Of a stretch of 64,000 nucleotides of DNA, positions 30,016 to 40,426 are shown piece after piece. This DNA comes from Nitrosopumilus sp. Its GTDB lineage: Archaea > Thermoproteota > Nitrososphaeria > Nitrososphaerales > Nitrosopumilaceae. Under the pieces are notes generated by a model. That model was not told the DNA's origin and did not search any database. It was given only the letters and a program-made list of their open reading frames with translations. The stretch is from the NCBI GenBank assembly GCA_965214775.1, contig OZ243974.1, positions 640,001-704,000 of the forward strand, given 5' to 3'. The translations under genes were made by a program, and so were the position numbers. Each line of letters begins with the position of its first letter. Position 1 is the first letter of the stretch.

Positions 30016-30681
30016 ATGGACATTATCAAATATGATGTGTATCGAGGGCCGAATCTCGGAGTGTACATCAGTACAAATGACAGCGTGGTTTTGCTTCCAA
30101 TGGGATTTGCCGAATCAAAGGCTGAAAAATTAGCAGGGTATTTGGATGTTGACTATCATTATACTGCAATTGCAAATACCAGACTGATCGGTTCGCTGTC
30201 TGTAATGAACAACAAGGGAATGCTTATTCCCAAAACAGCATTTGACAATGAATACGAACTTTTGAAAAAAGAAACCAGGTTGGAGATCGGGGTATTGGAC
30301 TCTAAATTCACAGCTTTGGGAAATGTGATTTGTGTCAACGATAAGGGTGCCATAGTCTCGCCTTGGTTATCAGATTTAGATTGCCAGATAATTTCAGATG
30401 TGCTGGGAGTCGAGGTTTTCCAGAAGAAAATTGCAGGTTTTAATCAAACAGGTGCCGTAATGGTTGCAAACAATTCAGGTGCAGTCATACATCCTGAGGC
30501 AGACGAGGAAGACATGAAGACGTTTGCAAATGTTTTGGGTGTAAAAGTGGAGCACAGTTCCATCAACAATGGAATTCCATACGTATCATCAGGAATTTTA
30601 GCAAATAACAGCAGTCTGGTGGTCGGTTCACTTACAACCGGACCTGAAATAATGATGTTAACTAGGGCCTTTCTAAATTAA
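30016..30681 (+). CDS. eif6: Translation initiation factor 6
   Basis: PNLGVY, ALGNVICVND, VIHP, SINNG, VGSLTTGPE. Confidence 0.93.
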   Translation: MDIIKYDVYRGPNLGVYISTNDSVVLLPMGFAESKAEKLAGYLDVDYHYTAIANTRLIGSLSVMNNKGMLIPKTAFDNEYELLKKETRLEIGVLDSKFTALGNVICVNDKGAIVSPWLSDLDCQIISDVLGVEVFQKKIAGFNQTGAVMVANNSGAVIHPEADEEDMKTFANVLGVKVEHSSINNGIPYVSSGILANNSSLVVGSLTTGPEIMMLTRAFLN

Positions 30682-31951
30682 GAACAGAGCTAGGATCTTC
30701 GGTCAGCTTTTCAAGCGATATTGTTCCCTCCTTGCCATCCTTCATGTCATGCAAGACTACATTGCCTTGCTCAATCTCATTGGGGCCAACAATTATTGAG
30801 AATCGAGAGTTTGAAGCTGCCTCCATCTGTTTTTTGACATTTCGTCCTGCCAAATCAATGTCAGTTGGAATGTTGTCGAGCCTCAGCATGGACGCAATTG
30901 AAAAGGCAATTTTTTGCATTTCGTCATCGACATAAACTACTGCAACCCTGTTTTGTCCTTCCGGTGTTGGAATAATTTTTTGTTCTTCCATCGTCAGAAT
31001 GATTCTCTCAACACCGCCTGCAACGCCGGTTGCGCCAATGTCATCTCTGCCAAATACCCTAGTCAGTGCGTCATATCGTCCCCCGCCAGCTAGTGCACCG
31101 AGTTTTGAGTTTTTATCAAATACTTCAAAGACCATTCCAGAATAATAGTCCAAACCTCGCACAATTCCAAAATTGATTCTAATGTTGGACACTCCCCGGT
31201 TTTCAAGTGATGAAAACAGAGATTTTAGATCATCCCATGATTCTAGCTGTGATGTGTCGTCAAAAGAATTTTCAACTTCTTGGATTGTTCCTTTAATTTG
31301 AGAGAAATCCAGTATTTTTTCTAGTTTGGATTTGTCATATCCTTTTTGTTCAAATTCCTTGAAAACTTGCTCCCTTGATTTTTTTGAGACCTTGTCAACT
31401 GCCCTAAGAATATCTGCAACTAGTTGAGGTTCCTTGGAATCAAATATTTTGTTAATAAAGGATTCGACTAAATTCCGATGACTGATATCAATTGTAATGT
31501 TTTTGAGCAGTAGCGAATCAAAAAGTCTGGATGTCAATTCAATAATTTCTGCCTCGGATTCCAGATTCGGTTTTCCGTAAACTTCAACATCCCACTGGTG
31601 AAAGTATCTGTACCGTCCTTTTTGCGGCTCATCATAGCGAAAGACACCGCCAAAAGCAGAAATTTTTGCAGGCAGTTTCATGGACTTTTGGGCAGTGGCG
31701 TATCTTGTCAGACCCATTGTAAAATCAAAACGCAAGGCAACTTCCCTATCGCCTTTATCTCTAAAGTAATAGATTTCATCCCTGATTGCAGGACCGGATT
31801 TTGTTTCAAGTGTTGTCAAGGATTCCAAGACAGAGGGCTCCATGAAGGAAAAACCGTACAAATTCGATAATTGTTTGAAATGATGTCTGATGTGCTCAAT
31901 GTTTGCGTTCTCCCTTGCCCCAAAATCCCTCATTCCCCTTGGCAATTCCAA
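30662..31951 (-). CDS. hisS: Histidine--tRNA ligase
   Basis: LPRGMRD, ALRFDFT, FRYDEPQKGRYR, RGLDYY, AGGGRYD. Confidence 0.97.
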   Translation of the reverse strand: MELPRGMRDFGARENANIEHIRHHFKQLSNLYGFSFMEPSVLESLTTLETKSGPAIRDEIYYFRDKGDREVALRFDFTMGLTRYATAQKSMKLPAKISAFGGVFRYDEPQKGRYRYFHQWDVEVYGKPNLESEAEIIELTSRLFDSLLLKNITIDISHRNLVESFINKIFDSKEPQLVADILRAVDKVSKKSREQVFKEFEQKGYDKSKLEKILDFSQIKGTIQEVENSFDDTSQLESWDDLKSLFSSLENRGVSNIRINFGIVRGLDYYSGMVFEVFDKNSKLGALAGGGRYDALTRVFGRDDIGATGVAGGVERIILTMEEQKIIPTPEGQNRVAVVYVDDEMQKIAFSIASMLRLDNIPTDIDLAGRNVKKQMEAASNSRFSIIVGPNEIEQGNVVLHDMKDGKEGTISLEKLTEDPSSVLNLERP

Positions 31952-32025
31952 TTCAATGTTTGGTTAGGATCTGCAGATTTAAGCATTAGTGCCACAATTA
32001 TTTTGACAGCGGAGACTTTTATAGA

Positions 32026-32757
32026 ATGGGAATGTCTCAGATGTGTTTGTCAGACAGAGCGTTGCCTTTAGATGATTCAGATCATAGCTTGCCAGGCAGA
32101 GAGCAAGATAGCGATGTTGGATTTTTCAAACCCGAATCTCAAATTGAAGAAAGGCCAAAAAGCAAAGGCATTATGGTTGCCGGAATAGTTTTTGCAGTAG
32201 TTGCTGCGGGGTTTTTTTCGTATTATTTTGCAAACCAAGAAAGAATCGATTCAGAGATTCTGGACAATACCATAGTTACAGTCGAGGAGAGAATGGTTGA
32301 AAAATACAATGTGGGGCAATTTGGAAGCGATCATGCACACGCTGCAATGGTGATGTTTGTAAAATCAGAAAGATTGAATTTTGGCTTGTCAGAATTCCAG
32401 CTGCAAAGCAAGTACATTCATTTTGAGAATCACAACCACTATCAGATTCACAAACATGCAAACAGAGTTCCTCTAGAGATGCTCTTTGTGTCGCTTGGAA
32501 TGCAGATAGATTCTGGATGCATGGTGTTGGGCAAAAATCAGTTTTGCCAAGACACAGAGAATTCATTGAGGTTTTTTATCAACGGTGACGAGGCCGGCGG
32601 AATTTCGGAATACGAAATAATGCACGGAGACAGAATCCTGATATTTTATGGGGATGACAGATTGCTAGATGTACAGCTAGCATACCTTGACTCACTTGAA
32701 ATTCATGAAATTCCCAAACGTGATAAAGTAAATCAAGAAAAAGAGATATTCGTCTGA
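32026..32757 (+). CDS. Membrane-anchored hypothetical protein, His-rich
   Basis: One TM helix; DHAHA, YIHFE, IHKHA, GDRILIFYG; start uncertain. Confidence 0.75.
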   Translation: MGMSQMCLSDRALPLDDSDHSLPGREQDSDVGFFKPESQIEERPKSKGIMVAGIVFAVVAAGFFSYYFANQERIDSEILDNTIVTVEERMVEKYNVGQFGSDHAHAAMVMFVKSERLNFGLSEFQLQSKYIHFENHNHYQIHKHANRVPLEMLFVSLGMQIDSGCMVLGKNQFCQDTENSLRFFINGDEAGGISEYEIMHGDRILIFYGDDRLLDVQLAYLDSLEIHEIPKRDKVNQEKEIFV

Positions 32758-32864
32758 GCAAACAGCAATAAAGAAATTTGTAGTTTCATTTATGGCAAAA
32801 AGCGTCAGTTGTCTGCGACAGTTCCATTTTGTTTGAGTCGGCTGGTTTCTGCTGCTGCCTGCAT

Positions 32865-33362
32865 TCAGATTTGCACCGTGGCCCCTGCCAGTTGTTCGGC
32901 AAGCCCGCCCACTGAACGGCACATCATGTCTGCGATGGTCTTGTCCCTCTTGCGGGATGCAGGTAATACAAATTCGACACACAGTCTCATGTTTTCGCGG
33001 GATTTCGTACGCTAACTTCCAGTGGCGTTGTCTGTTGCCTCGGCCTTCACATAACCCCTCCACAGGTCAAGATCATAGCGGTCAGCAACGCATTCGTAGC
33101 TGTCCGTCTGGTAGCTGACTTCCAGAGAGTAATGCTCAAATGATGACAGGGGGTCGTGATCGTCCATGCCGCCGCCCTGCGCCATCTCGGGGCATTGAAA
33201 CGTACTGTCCATGCCGCCGTAGTGGCAAAAGCCGCACGTGTCCTCAACGCATCTTTGCTTGATGGTGTTTTCAAAGTTGTCAAAATGCCCATAATGCTCC
33301 TTGCCGCTATGCGGGAAGAGAAAATATCCCCACACATGCGCGCCTCCCCCGGGGACTTGCAC
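32865..33362 (-). pseudogene. Possible degraded GC-rich hypothetical gene
   Basis: 116-codon ORF ends at TAG 33012 and the same frame stays open for 48 more codons to TGA 32865. Confidence 0.3.
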
Positions 33363-33426
33363 GCCAAATACGGCTTATCGGGTACCGGCCAATATGTCTG
33401 GGGTCATATTGAGTCTTGTTTCGTAG

Positions 33427-33528
33427 CAGATCGGGCTCTGGAAGTTCAGACATGGATTTTGCCACCAAAAGGGGGAGCTCAAACAGAATTCACGCCTAAA
33501 ACCGTAAATCGCTTCCAGAACACGAGAT
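33427..33528. mobile_element. MITE family E, copy 1
   Basis: IR TCGGGCTCTGGAAG / CTTCCAGAACACGA (12/14); resembles the reverse complement of 40427-40533. Confidence 0.55.
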
Positions 33529-33626
33529 ATTAACCTTGTTTCAGGCAAATTTGTTGAAAGAATTAGAGTAAGAATTGTTTTCAGTTAACCGATCATTACA
33601 TTAAAGATAAATTCAACAAATCAACA

Positions 33627-34436
33627 GTGAGAAAATACAAACCCACAATCTCTTACAGGCTAAGAGAGATACCAATCAGGCAAATCAAAGTATGGAAGGA
33701 AGCCCAAGCTCGAAAGCTGGACAGAGAAAACATTTCAGAACTTGCAAAGTCAATTAAAAACGAGGGGTTGTTGAATCCCCCTCTAGTCCAAAAAGAGGGC
33801 AAAGACACATTCTTGCTAATGTCAGGACAAAGAAGGCTGGCCGCAATGAAACGGCTTGGGGCTAAGAAAATTCCAGTGCATGTTCTCACAAGACAGACGG
33901 CATATAACCTAGAGAATGCAAAAGCAGCATCGGTTGTAGAAAACATACACAGAAACGACATGAATCACAGGGATGTTGCAGACTCGTGTAAATTTCTGAC
34001 TGAGCAGATGGGCAAGTCAGCTGCTGCAAAATCTATGGGCATGTCACGGTCAACTCTAAACAAGTATCTGGGATTTTCGGGAGTTCCAGACAGACTAAAG
34101 ATGTTAGTGCCAAAAATTCTTTCACGTGATGAAGTGACAAAATTATATCAGATCATGCCAAATGTCACAAAAGCAGAAAAAATAGCACAAAGAATCTCAA
34201 GGTTAGACCCGGTATTGAAAAAGAAATATCTCCAGGCACTGTCTCAATCACCAAAGTCATCACATCAGAAACTGTTAAAGCGTGCAAGATCCATGCGCAT
34301 AAAACAGAATTTATCGTTCAAGATCTCAAAAACAAATGCAAAAAAGCTTGCAGCGGCATCAAACAAGAACGATGTGTCGCCTGATGAGTTTGCAGGAAAA
34401 ATTATTGCAGATTACCTAAAACGCAAAAGAAGATAG
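33627..34436 (+). CDS. ParB/Srx-domain protein
   Basis: ELAKSIKNEGLLNPPLV, LMSGQRRLAA, VENIHR, then an HTH-like region. Confidence 0.88.
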   Translation: MRKYKPTISYRLREIPIRQIKVWKEAQARKLDRENISELAKSIKNEGLLNPPLVQKEGKDTFLLMSGQRRLAAMKRLGAKKIPVHVLTRQTAYNLENAKAASVVENIHRNDMNHRDVADSCKFLTEQMGKSAAAKSMGMSRSTLNKYLGFSGVPDRLKMLVPKILSRDEVTKLYQIMPNVTKAEKIAQRISRLDPVLKKKYLQALSQSPKSSHQKLLKRARSMRIKQNLSFKISKTNAKKLAAASNKNDVSPDEFAGKIIADYLKRKRR

Positions 34437-34506
34437 GTACGCTTTGTGTTTGTGCAAGTGCTGCCGGCAGACAAAGGTTCTGGGATAGCATATATGATCA
34501 GATACT

Positions 34507-34645
34507 CCCACATAGGTGATCCGAAATCAGAAACCGCACGAATCTTCCAAGTGGTTTTGCAGATAGTTTGCGTTTGCTGATGTTTTGAGCTGCTTTATAC
34601 AATCGTCTACAAACAATCAGAATCTGCCAGTTTCGAATCAGCTCT
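34507..34645. mobile_element. MITE family D, copy 1
   Basis: Ends AGGTGATCCGAAATCAGAAAC and GAATCTGCCAGTTTCGAATCAGCTCT match the ends of 61400-61574 and are imperfect IRs of each other. Confidence 0.6.
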
Positions 34646-34651
34646 CTGCAG

Positions 34652-36031
34652 TCAGCAATCATCAACCCTTGAGATCTCGATCCATTCCCCGCCTTCAAGT
34701 TTGAGGAAGGCATAGTGCATATGACACCTGTCTCCTGCCGGGTCAAACATGATGTGCTCACCAGTTGCACCCTCGTAATTCCACGCGACACGCTTTATTG
34801 CACCTGCCACATCTGCCGGGTTGGATGTCTGAGCGTCCTGCATGGCGCGACCTATGAGATGCACTACGTCGTACGCAAGCATGGCGTGTATGCTGGGCTG
34901 TCTGCCATTGACCTCCAATATGTACTCAGTCACCCTGTCGGCCGCGTTGCTGTCGTAGAACGCCGGTTCGATCACCGTGAACTTCACTTGTTCTGCAAAC
35001 GCCAGCCCTGCCGTGTTGTTGTGCTGTATCTTGCTGGCGTTGGTGCCAAACCACCTCACTTGGCCCAACACGTCGTGGGCCGACGCTGCCTCCATAAAGT
35101 CGTATGTCTCCTCCAATCCCACGTACAGGACTGCCACCTCTGAGGCGTTGCCCGACTGTAGCAAGTCATGCACGGTGTCGGCGAGTGCCTGTATGTGGGA
35201 ATCACTAAACGCGCCATCCTTGCCGTATTTTATGTGATCTGTGGCGCTGCCTCCTGCATCCGTAAAGTCCTCTATGGCAAGCGAAACCGTGCCTGATGCC
35301 CATTCCGTATCGCGACTTATCGGCACGACCGTCCTTATCCCGACCTCACCCTCCATGTACGACGAAAACATGAGGGATCTGATATACTGGCTCTGAATCA
35401 TGCGCATTAGGGAGTCGCCTTCGATGCTCAACGAGCTGATCTCCGAGCAGCAGCTGAACAGCAGCATGCCGTTGGCATCGGCGTACTCGGTCACGTCAGT
35501 CCCAAAGATGTCAATCGATGGACCGGCAACGATCTTAATTCCAGCGTTATTGAGCTCCCTTATCTTCTTGGCCGTTACCTCGCGACTGGTTTGTGTATCA
35601 TGCGTGGACGATTCGAGTCTCCACGAATGGCCTTTCTCTGCTAGGATAGCGTTAAAGTCGTCTAGAGCCAGCATGAATGCCGTGTTTATGTCGCGGCCGT
35701 ACTGTGCAGCCCCACCGGTAAGCGGCGCCAGCATCCCTATGGTTACATTATGGGGCATGTCTGAATCTGCGGCCACGGTAAGATCCGCGCCGCGCTGCAG
35801 TAGTGCCTTGTATGTTGACTCGTACAGGCAGAGCGGATCCAGCGTGTCCATCACATAGAGCTGGCGCCACCCGTTGCACTGCACCGCTAATGGAAAAACT
35901 CCTTTGGCCAGCTGCTGTGACGGGGGGTCAAGTGGCTGCGGGATTTCCGGAACCGTGCCGGACGCTGGCAGCAACACAAGTCCGGACGAGAAGACGGCAA
36001 TCATGGCAAGGAGGGGGATCGCATGTCTCAT
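34652..36031 (-). CDS. LivJ-type ABC substrate-binding protein, standalone
   Basis: Signal peptide; VTIGMLAPLTG, IVAGPS, LAYDVV, YEGATG.I.FD..GDR; GC-richer than its neighbours. Confidence 0.85.
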   Translation of the reverse strand: MRHAIPLLAMIAVFSSGLVLLPASGTVPEIPQPLDPPSQQLAKGVFPLAVQCNGWRQLYVMDTLDPLCLYESTYKALLQRGADLTVAADSDMPHNVTIGMLAPLTGGAAQYGRDINTAFMLALDDFNAILAEKGHSWRLESSTHDTQTSREVTAKKIRELNNAGIKIVAGPSIDIFGTDVTEYADANGMLLFSCCSEISSLSIEGDSLMRMIQSQYIRSLMFSSYMEGEVGIRTVVPISRDTEWASGTVSLAIEDFTDAGGSATDHIKYGKDGAFSDSHIQALADTVHDLLQSGNASEVAVLYVGLEETYDFMEAASAHDVLGQVRWFGTNASKIQHNNTAGLAFAEQVKFTVIEPAFYDSNAADRVTEYILEVNGRQPSIHAMLAYDVVHLIGRAMQDAQTSNPADVAGAIKRVAWNYEGATGEHIMFDPAGDRCHMHYAFLKLEGGEWIEISRVDDC

Positions 36032-36081
36032 AACGATGGCTTGTTTACTGCGTTTCTAATAAAAATGTCGACAGATTCATC

Positions 36082-36744
36082 TTACAATAACACGCAAGAG
36101 TTTGTTTCTTTGTCATATTTTGTTCCGGATCCACATTTAGAACTCTCCAATATGCATGAATTCAGATCTTCATCATAAATAGTTCCAGATCCACATCTAG
36201 AGTTTGGATCATTAGGATCAAATGCTTGTTGGGAAGCTTCGGACTCTGGTGCTGGTTCAGAAACTGCGACTGTCGTGGATTTTTTCATAAAACCGTCAAA
36301 AGTCCCCATTCCATATGCGCCGACTAGAATAACCAAAACCAGAACAGGAATTCCAATCATGATTGGAATTTTAAGATTTGGAGGTTTGTGCGGAGTTTCT
36401 GGTTCAGGGTGCAGATCATTTTTTACTGGCTTGCTTTCGGTTCCAACCTCGAAAATTGAAGCGCCACATGCCATACAGAAATTGGCGCGTAGTGGAGTTG
36501 GTCTTCCACATTTCCAACAATGAATTGCCTTGCCATCGTCCTCAGGCTCATCATCGGTAGCCAAGATTGCAGTGTTTGGTTTTGTAAGGTATTTCTCCCG
36601 TAATTTATCCAGATAATTCGCATCGGTAATCCAGATGGTTTTGTTGTCAATGTAGGATTGCTTGATATGTTCTAGTCGATAAGCATCACCTACTCCCAAT
36701 TTCAACAGAGCATTTACATCATCTACAATATCTGGAGCGTCCAA
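36082..36744 (-). CDS. Membrane protein with zinc ribbon and Cys-rich C-terminal repeats
   Basis: GVGDAYRLEHIK N-terminus, CWKCG...FCMACG, TM helix, two CGSGT.YD...NSC repeats. Confidence 0.8.
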   Translation of the reverse strand: MDAPDIVDDVNALLKLGVGDAYRLEHIKQSYIDNKTIWITDANYLDKLREKYLTKPNTAILATDDEPEDDGKAIHCWKCGRPTPLRANFCMACGASIFEVGTESKPVKNDLHPEPETPHKPPNLKIPIMIGIPVLVLVILVGAYGMGTFDGFMKKSTTVAVSEPAPESEASQQAFDPNDPNSRCGSGTIYDEDLNSCILESSKCGSGTKYDKETNSCVLL

Positions 36745-37043
36745 TAGGGTTCAGATCACATGGTTGTTCTAAATTGTTTCTGCTTTTGCAAGCCTCTACT
36801 AGGGATATGGCAGGGTTCCAATTCATACCCTCTGGGATCAGCAGTTAGATTAAGCTGGGTTTTTACCAATCAATTGGGTCATCGGCAATACTTGAACGTC
36901 AGATTCTTTGCATTTTTGCAAAATTTCATGAGTTTTCCATACTAGATCCAAAGTGAGTGTGCCGTCCCCTTTTGGAGACATATCTGGTACTTTATACAGA
37001 CACAGTTTGACAGAATCATTTCCAATAGTTTTTGACGTCGCAT

Positions 37044-37174
37044 CGGGGTTGTCGCCTAATTCATCAGAATTTCTGAAAATTATACGATGTTATCCGGACT
37101 AGGCGTGCAGGAGGGACGGAAGTTCAGAAAAACGCGCAGATTGGGCCAGACAGGTGAATTAGGCGACAACCCCG
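37044..37174. mobile_element. MITE family F (131 bp)
   Basis: Perfect 20-bp IR CGGGGTTGTCGCCTAATTCA / TGAATTAGGCGACAACCCCG; no clear TSD. Confidence 0.75.
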
Positions 37175-37229
37175 TTCGGTTGATATAAATCAGCAGTATT
37201 TTTATCTAGACAGGATGGAATGATTTCAA

Positions 37230-37969
37230 TTGAATTCCGTCACGTCTCTAAACAAAAAAATTGCCGATTGCAAAAAATGTCCCAGATTGTCTGCTTACAT
37301 CAGGGATGTGGCAAAAAACAAGATTCGGCGATTCAAAGATGAGAAATACCACGGAAAGCCATTGTCAGGATTCGGAGACATTAATGCAAACTTGTTGATT
37401 ATAGGATTGGCACCTGCTGCCCACGGAGGAAACAGGACAGGCAGGATGTTTACAGGAGACTCGTCTGGGGATTGGCTTGCCAAAGTAATGCATAAACACG
37501 GCTTTGCGTCAATTCCAACCAGCCAGTCAAGAGACGACGGGCTGACTCTAAAAAATGCATACGTTACTGCTGCAGTCAGATGTGCACCACCGCAAAACAA
37601 GCCAACAAGAGATGAAATGGGTGCCTGCTTCCAATAGACCTTATGCGTAATCGGTTTAAATCTAGGATTATTACGAACAAATTCATCTCATTCAGGTCGA
37701 TTACGCATAAAGTCTAATATTTAGAAAAAGAAAAAGAAATCCTGACCAAGGTAACCACGGTTCTTTGTTTGGGAAAAATTGGATATGAAGCTGCCTGTAA
37801 GTTATTTGAAGTAAAGCCGGAGAAATTTGGGCACAATAAATCATTCAAGTATGGACACATACAGATTCTTACGTCCTATCATCCTTCAAAACAGAATACT
37901 CAGACAGGAAGGCTGACTTGGTCTCAATGGTCATCTGTTTTTGCAAAGGCAAAAAGATTGGCAATGTAG
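37230..37969 (+). pseudogene. udg: Uracil-DNA glycosylase (family 5-like, Fe-S), interrupted by a MITE
   Basis: CKKCPRL, GLAPAAHGGNRTGRMFTGD, RCAPP and SYHPS; removing 83 bp restores one frame (...ACFQYLEKEKEILTKVTTVLCLGK...). Confidence 0.88.
37636..37715. mobile_element. MITE family C (80 bp) with 3-bp TSD AAT
   Basis: TIR AGACCTTATGCGTAATCG / CGATTACGCATAAAGTCT (17/18); AAT at 37633-37635 and 37716-37718. Confidence 0.88.
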
Positions 37970-38004
37970 CAAACCTTTATTGTAAAACCAGCCTAAATTA
38001 ATTT

Positions 38005-40314
38005 ATGAAAGAGTTTCTGGTTTTTTTCTTCATTATTGCAGTTATTCCGTTTGCATTTGCCCAAGAATATCCGGACTTGGGAGTCAGGGTTGAAACGGTG
38101 GCAGATAATCTAGCAATCCCATGGAGTATTGACTGGTTTCCAAATGGAGACATCATTTTCACCGAAAGAAACGGAAATCTCAGAGTCATTGAAAATGGGA
38201 AATTGCAGAACATTCCATTGCTATCTCTGAGTGTGGCAGGAGTGGAAGGAGGAATGTTAGGGGTCGCAGTTGATCCAGACTATTCTGAAAATAATTTCAT
38301 CTATCTCTATTACACATACAACGAATTCTTGTCAGCAACACAAAACAGGCTTGTAAGATATCATTACAGTGAGGGGATTCTGACTGAAAGCAAGATTCTG
38401 TTGGATGGAATTCCAGGCGGTCCGGTTCATGACGGGGGAAGAATCCAGTTTGGCCCTGATGGAAAATTATACGTCACAACAGGAGACGCAGGTGAACCAA
38501 ACTTATCACAGGATCTTAATTCTCTGGCAGGAAAGATTTTGAGAATTAACTCTGATGGAACGGTTCCAGAGGACAACCCATGGGAAAATTCACCAGTTTA
38601 TTCAATAGGCCATAGAAATTCCCAGGGGATTGATTGGGACAATGACGGCAACTTGATTGCAACTGATCATGGACCGTCGGGGTGGAGAGGAAGCGCTCAT
38701 GACGAGATAAATCTCATAACTCCGGGCTCAAACCATGGGTGGCCATATGTGATTGGGGACGGGACCGGACAGGGATTGCAAAGTCCAATCTTGCATACAG
38801 GAGATGATACCTGGGCACCATCAGGCGGAGAATTTTATGAGGGGAGCAGGATTTCGCAATGGACAGGAAAATATTTTGTTGCAACGTTAAGAGGAAGTCA
38901 CTTGCACATGGTAGATTTTGATCTGCAAAACAACAAAGTGATTTCAAATGAGAGGTTGTTTCAGGATGATTTTGGAAGGTTACGAGATGTGCAGACAGGT
39001 CCCGATGGATACCTCTACATTCTTACCAGCAATCAAGACGGAAGAGGATTTCCGAATTCCGGTGATGACAAAATTCTAAGAATTGTTCCAACGAGTCCAA
39101 CAGTTAGCAGTTTTGATGATTGTGTGAAAGCCGGTAATCCAATAACGGAATCGTACCCTAGGCAGTGCAGTGACTCTGACGGAATAAGCTTTGTAGAAGA
39201 AGTTGACACATGTGAGGGGATTTCGTTTTTCAATCCGATTAATGCAAAAGCTAGAATAGAGAATTGGGATTCTAGCGCGCTGGTTAGAATCGAGGGATGT
39301 GTGGGCAATCCAGACTTGTCAGAGGGAGTAAACGTAACGATGGTTGATCCTTCAGGAGACGGTGTTCGCAGCAGAGGCGTGACTCCGGAATCAAGCGGCT
39401 CATTTACAGTGTTTTTTGAAGATCAGTTAAACAGACAGGGGAAATATTCGGTGATCATAGAATCAGGAGATTCGACTGAGACGGTCTCGTTTATGTTGGA
39501 GCAAGGGACCAACATCGAGAGCACAGGCGTTCAGATTCAGGCCAGAGACGGATACTGGCAGAATTACTTTGAGCATGACGAGACGGTCTTTGGCGAGGCA
39601 TATTTTTTTGATGGAACAATCGTGCCTGAAAAAGTGAATGTCGGGACGGTGGATATCAGAATGACCAAGCCATCTGGCGAAACAGAGATCATAGCAAATG
39701 ACATTCCAATTACGGATAACTATGTAAAATTCAAGATTCCAATCACAGATGACTTTGATCATGGAAAGTATGTTTTGCGTCCAATCTATACCGTAAATGA
39801 ATTAGCAAGGATTGGAGATTATCAAGGAATATTCTATGTGGGAAAAGAGCAGAACTTTACGTATTTGGATGAGGAGGGTGGAGGACGGCCTCTTAATGTA
39901 AAAGTACAGTACATCGAATATGAGTTGTCACCCATTAGATTCGACAAGGAACAAAAAAGCATTAGCTTTGATTTTGAAAGGCTGGAAGGCAAATTCGCAG
40001 GAGATGGATATTTGCAGTTTGACGGTGACCTAGGATTGCAGATTCAGAGGCCTCTAATTTCACCTCCGTACACAGTCATAATTCAAACGGATGAATACAC
40101 CATAAAGTACGATCCCGGATACATGGTAGGCATTACAGAAAGCGGCTACTACGAATACAGACTGGCGTTGGATGAAGAGGTGAAGAAAGGGACGGTTACG
40201 ATAATCGGAACTTATGTGATTCCAGAATTTGGCCCAATTGCCATAATGATAATGGCTGCGAGTGTTGTGACGGTCATTATGGTTACAGGGCTATCTCCAA
40301 GAATCAGACTGTGA
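38005..40314 (+). CDS. PQQ-dependent glucose/sorbosone dehydrogenase-family surface protein with PEFG-CTERM
   Basis: Signal peptide; HDGGRIQFGPDGKLY, SLAGKILR, GHRNSQG, FGRLRDV; ends VIPEFG + TM helix. Confidence 0.9.
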   Translation: MKEFLVFFFIIAVIPFAFAQEYPDLGVRVETVADNLAIPWSIDWFPNGDIIFTERNGNLRVIENGKLQNIPLLSLSVAGVEGGMLGVAVDPDYSENNFIYLYYTYNEFLSATQNRLVRYHYSEGILTESKILLDGIPGGPVHDGGRIQFGPDGKLYVTTGDAGEPNLSQDLNSLAGKILRINSDGTVPEDNPWENSPVYSIGHRNSQGIDWDNDGNLIATDHGPSGWRGSAHDEINLITPGSNHGWPYVIGDGTGQGLQSPILHTGDDTWAPSGGEFYEGSRISQWTGKYFVATLRGSHLHMVDFDLQNNKVISNERLFQDDFGRLRDVQTGPDGYLYILTSNQDGRGFPNSGDDKILRIVPTSPTVSSFDDCVKAGNPITESYPRQCSDSDGISFVEEVDTCEGISFFNPINAKARIENWDSSALVRIEGCVGNPDLSEGVNVTMVDPSGDGVRSRGVTPESSGSFTVFFEDQLNRQGKYSVIIESGDSTETVSFMLEQGTNIESTGVQIQARDGYWQNYFEHDETVFGEAYFFDGTIVPEKVNVGTVDIRMTKPSGETEIIANDIPITDNYVKFKIPITDDFDHGKYVLRPIYTVNELARIGDYQGIFYVGKEQNFTYLDEEGGGRPLNVKVQYIEYELSPIRFDKEQKSISFDFERLEGKFAGDGYLQFDGDLGLQIQRPLISPPYTVIIQTDEYTIKYDPGYMVGITESGYYEYRLALDEEVKKGTVTIIGTYVIPEFGPIAIMIMAASVVTVIMVTGLSPRIRL

Positions 40315-40426
40315 AAGCAGAACGGAATGCAGATGCTCCAAGGCATTTCCGATTTTCAGCCAAATTTCCATCAACAATCAATCACGAAGAGGTGTCAGAA
40401 AAGATAAATTCGGAGATTTTTTCATA

